Shown here one piece after another: positions 61,170-64,000 of a stretch of DNA of 64,000 nt. Below the pieces are notes generated by a model. That model searched no databases. It saw nothing but the letters and a program-made list of their open reading frames with translations, and was not told the origin of the DNA. The position numbers and the translations under genes are program-made. The DNA comes from Camelus ferus (taxonomy: Eukaryota), in NCBI RefSeq assembly GCF_009834535.1, contig NC_045717.1, forward strand, positions 4,278,001 to 4,342,000, in the 5' to 3' direction. Within the stretch, counting starts at the first letter, position 1. Each line of letters begins with the position of its first letter.

Positions 61170-61900
61170 TTGCCAGCTAACAAATTAGCAGACCCTTACT
61201 GGGTTAAAACAATACACACAATTATCTCATAATTCTATAGGTCAGAAGTCTCAGCATGGTGCGGCTGAGTTCTTTGCCCAGAGTCAAGGTTTCAGCAGGG
61301 CTATGTACCTTTCTGAAGCTTGGGGTTCTCTTCCAAGTTCATGTGGTTTCTGAAAGTATCTATTTCCACATAGTTGTAAGAGTGAGATTCCCTTCTTCTT
61401 TCTTTTTAAAATTTTTTGATGGGGGGAAGTAATCAGATTTGTTCGTTTGTTTGATGGCAGTAGTGGGGGTAGAACCCAGGACCTCGTGCATGGGAGGCAA
61501 GCACTCTACCACTGCGATGTACCCTCCCCCACTGAATTAGACTCTGCCCCCTGAGCTACACCCTCCCTCCTAAGCTATACCTTACCCACAACTTTTTCTT
61601 GCTGGGGTTAGTTTCAACTCCTAGAGGCTGTCCTCAGATCCTTATGTGGAAGCTCGCTTCTTCAAAGCCAGAAACAGAATTTCTCTTTTTCTTCAAGTCT
61701 CTCAAACCTCTTTCAAGGGCTCACCTGTTTATCAGGCTCACCCAGGGAAACCTCCTTCTTGATAAACTCAGAGTCTTCAGATTAGTAACCTTAGTTACAT
61801 TTATAATATCTCTTTGCCATATAGATTAAGACATGGGAGTGATACCCCATTATATTTATAGTTTCTGCTCACACTCAAGGTGGGTACAATATGTGTACAC
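61170..61900 (-). mobile_element. Second MaLR LTR (MLT1D/E/F-like) nested in the internal region, itself split by a SINE
   Basis: attatctcataattctataggtcagaagtctcagc...ctcacccagggaaacctcc...catgggagtgatacccc. Confidence 0.7.
61395..61588 (-). mobile_element. tRNA-derived SINE (vic-1-like) with tandemly repeated 5' head
   Basis: gatggggggaagtaatcagatttgttcgtttg...gtagaacccaggacctcgtgcatgggaggcaagcactctaccactg, followed by repeated head units. Confidence 0.85.
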
Positions 61901-63589
61901 ACATGGCAACTTAATAAAAAGGCACAGACTCCAACTTAATTCAGAGGGCTTAATGCGATGTGTGATGGGGACATTCTTGAATCGGCCCTTCCTAAGAGGC
62001 TAAGTTTTAATCAGCTTAGCCACCCAAAGACCTCAGTTTTTTCCTTTTCTGTTTGGGCTTAAGAAGGAGCAGCTCTTCAAAACACACAAGGTCTTGAGTT
62101 TCTGGATTCCCTATCATGTTTTAGTCTTGACAAAAAATTGGCCAATTCTTTTTAGTCTTATCTCTTTCTTGTATTATTTTGTCACATGCTATAAAGAGAA
62201 ATCAAGGCACACTGCTAAAGTTCTGTGTTAGACTAAAGTCACAAGCCCATGAGGGGATTATATGTTTTCTAAATTATGGCAGGTGAGAGTTTAACCAAAT
62301 GTTTCACCAATGCATTATGTGGACTGCCATCCTTCCAGTTTTCAAATGCTGTGTATTGCAGAGTTTGCTGAAGAAGCCTCACTTTTGGAACTAATTTCTT
62401 TATTAGGAGAACAGGCTGAGTGTGACAAACATCTGTGGTTTGCCACAAGAAAGTTTTATTACCTGCTCTTGCAATATGTTTATCCCAGTTCAGCCGCATC
62501 TCCACTCTGATATCCAGGTGACGGAACAGCTGCTATAAGGGACAGATCCAGTTTTGTGGTAGAGGGGAAAAGAGGCACACATAATTCTGCTAGGCTCTTA
62601 AAAGCTCTGCCTGAAGTGTGAAACACCACTTCTGGCCCCATGTCATTGTCAAAAGCAAGTTAAATGGTTCAGCAGGATGGAGATATGTGTATGGATGTGT
62701 AATCCTTCTGCAAAGATGGGAGGGAAATCAGAATATTGGGCAAACAGTAATAACACAATCTAATATTCCCATTGCTTTATGAAAAAGAATTTCTCTTTCT
62801 CTTCAGGACTGGAGTTTCCAGCCTTCTATGTGTTGTCTCTCCCTCCAGTGTCTCTGTTGTGGAAGATACTTTCGGAATTTGGGGAGCAGGACTGAGATCC
62901 CTCTTAAAAGAGGTGATAGACTCTTCTGTTTGACTATCATCCTTTAACTTTTTTTCCCCCAGGGAGGATTTGGGCACTATGAAACCCCCTAACTTCTTCT
63001 ATTAACCACATAACAAGACACTCTCAGTGATGACTCTCACTCCTATTGCTTTACAATATTTACCTTTGTTTCTCTTTGGTTTACATGTAGGACTTAATGT
63101 AATTTTTTTTTATTTTTTTAGCGTTTCTTTTTTTTTTTTTAACATAATGTAATTTTTTAATTCATTTGACCTATTGTTTTTGGATACGAGGGAGAATCGG
63201 GCTGACCAATGTCAGAGATCGCGGCTGGTTTTGCAGCATCTGCAGCCTAATTGGCAGTTCTGTTGATCAACTTTTCAAGGACCCATAGAGCAATATTAGG
63301 GCTCTCACTGCTTTCTGGATTCTTATGATGATGGAATATGTATTAGCCAAGGTCCATTCAGGAAAAGAGAAGCCATGCTAGTGTGATATGCACTCTTAGA
63401 ATGAGAAGCACAGCTACCTGTGGGAGGGGGAAACACAGATGCCTGGTGGTGGACAGGAAAATCTCTGCCAGCACTGTGATGTTTGCACTGAGCCTCAAAG
63501 GATGAGAAGGGGTTTCGGTGATGAAAGAGGTAAGAGCTAGGGAGGTGAGACTGGAATCCCAAGCAGAGAAATATAGATATGAAGGTTTA

Positions 63590-63740
63590 AGAGCAGTTTG
63601 CTATGGGGGTTAAGAGTTTAGGCTTTGGAGTTAGACTGGCTTGTGTCTGAACGTCAGATCTGATACTTAGTAGCTGGTGGCAATAAAGGTTCAACCTTAA
63701 AGTGGCGTTGTGAAAATTAGAGGAAATAATGCATATTATT
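63590..63740 (+). mobile_element. MIR
   Basis: taggctttggagttagactggcttgtgtctga...gcgttgtgaaaattagaggaaataatgcat. Confidence 0.65.
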
Positions 63741-64000
63741 TCTATTAGGGACATCAAAGTGAATAACCATAATCACTTTAAATAAAAGCATACAAATATG
63801 CTAGGGTAGGGTATCACTAGGATAAAGGAGTAGACTTGTGTGTGGGCAGAATAAATGTGAGACATGATATCTGGGGAGGCAGTGATAGACGATGAGGCTA
63901 AATGTGTAAGCTGTAAAGTCTCAAGTGTCTTTTGAGAAAAAGGTTCTGGGTTTTACATACCAGCAAAAAAAGAACGATGGAAATAACTAGTAAGAGGTAT

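Larger units (their letters stand above)
59567..62765 (-). mobile_element. MaLR (MLT1J/K-like) provirus: LTR 59567-~59950, internal region, LTR ~62397-62765
   Basis: Both ends resemble the same MLT1 LTR consensus (gtaacaagcaatcctgaaatctcagtg / gtgacaaacatctgtgg; tcttaaaagctctgcctgaagtg...cattgtcaaaagcaagt). Intervening segments resemble MLT1-int (caaactcaaagttcaggatctc, agataggataatctcaataaatattc, acacacccttaggatc, aaaaaattggccaattc). Confidence 0.6.

Noticed and set aside
1-64000. Prokaryote-type systems (CRISPR, operons, defence islands), rRNA, snRNA or processed pseudogenes
   Set aside because: None are recognisable; the sequence is mammalian intronic or intergenic DNA.

Overview
This is mammalian non-coding DNA, rich in repeats. 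A camelid (camel, alpaca or llama) is inferred from five copies of a tRNA-Ala-derived SINE with an 'aattacctccccc' tail (vic-1-like) and from the absence of recognisable Alu, B1/B2, BovB/Bov-tA or PRE1 elements. I find no protein-coding gene, real tRNA/rRNA/snRNA gene or CRISPR array. The ORFs with recognisable homology are all decayed LINE-1 ORF1/ORF2 fragments. The window is a mosaic of old L1 (L1MB/MC/ME-type), L2, MIR, MaLR/ERV LTRs and hAT MERs. It also holds a young, dead, 5'-truncated 3.5-kb L1 with a 12-bp target-site duplication (TSD), several microsatellites and five N-gaps. I do not see convincing evidence of a new biological system. Most notable are: a perfect 201-bp local duplication with microhomology at both junctions (27701-27901 / 29733-29933), an apparently two-LTR MaLR provirus with nested insertions (about 59.6-62.8 kb), a TSD-flanked inverted mini-L1 (50015-50337), a SINE with a quadruplicated Pol III head, a CpG micro-island among LTRs (about 34.6-34.85 kb), and a minus-strand bias of retroelements that hints at a plus-strand host transcript. 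Repeat subfamily names come from recalled consensus sequences and boundaries of old repeats are approximate; both need RepeatMasker/Dfam confirmation.
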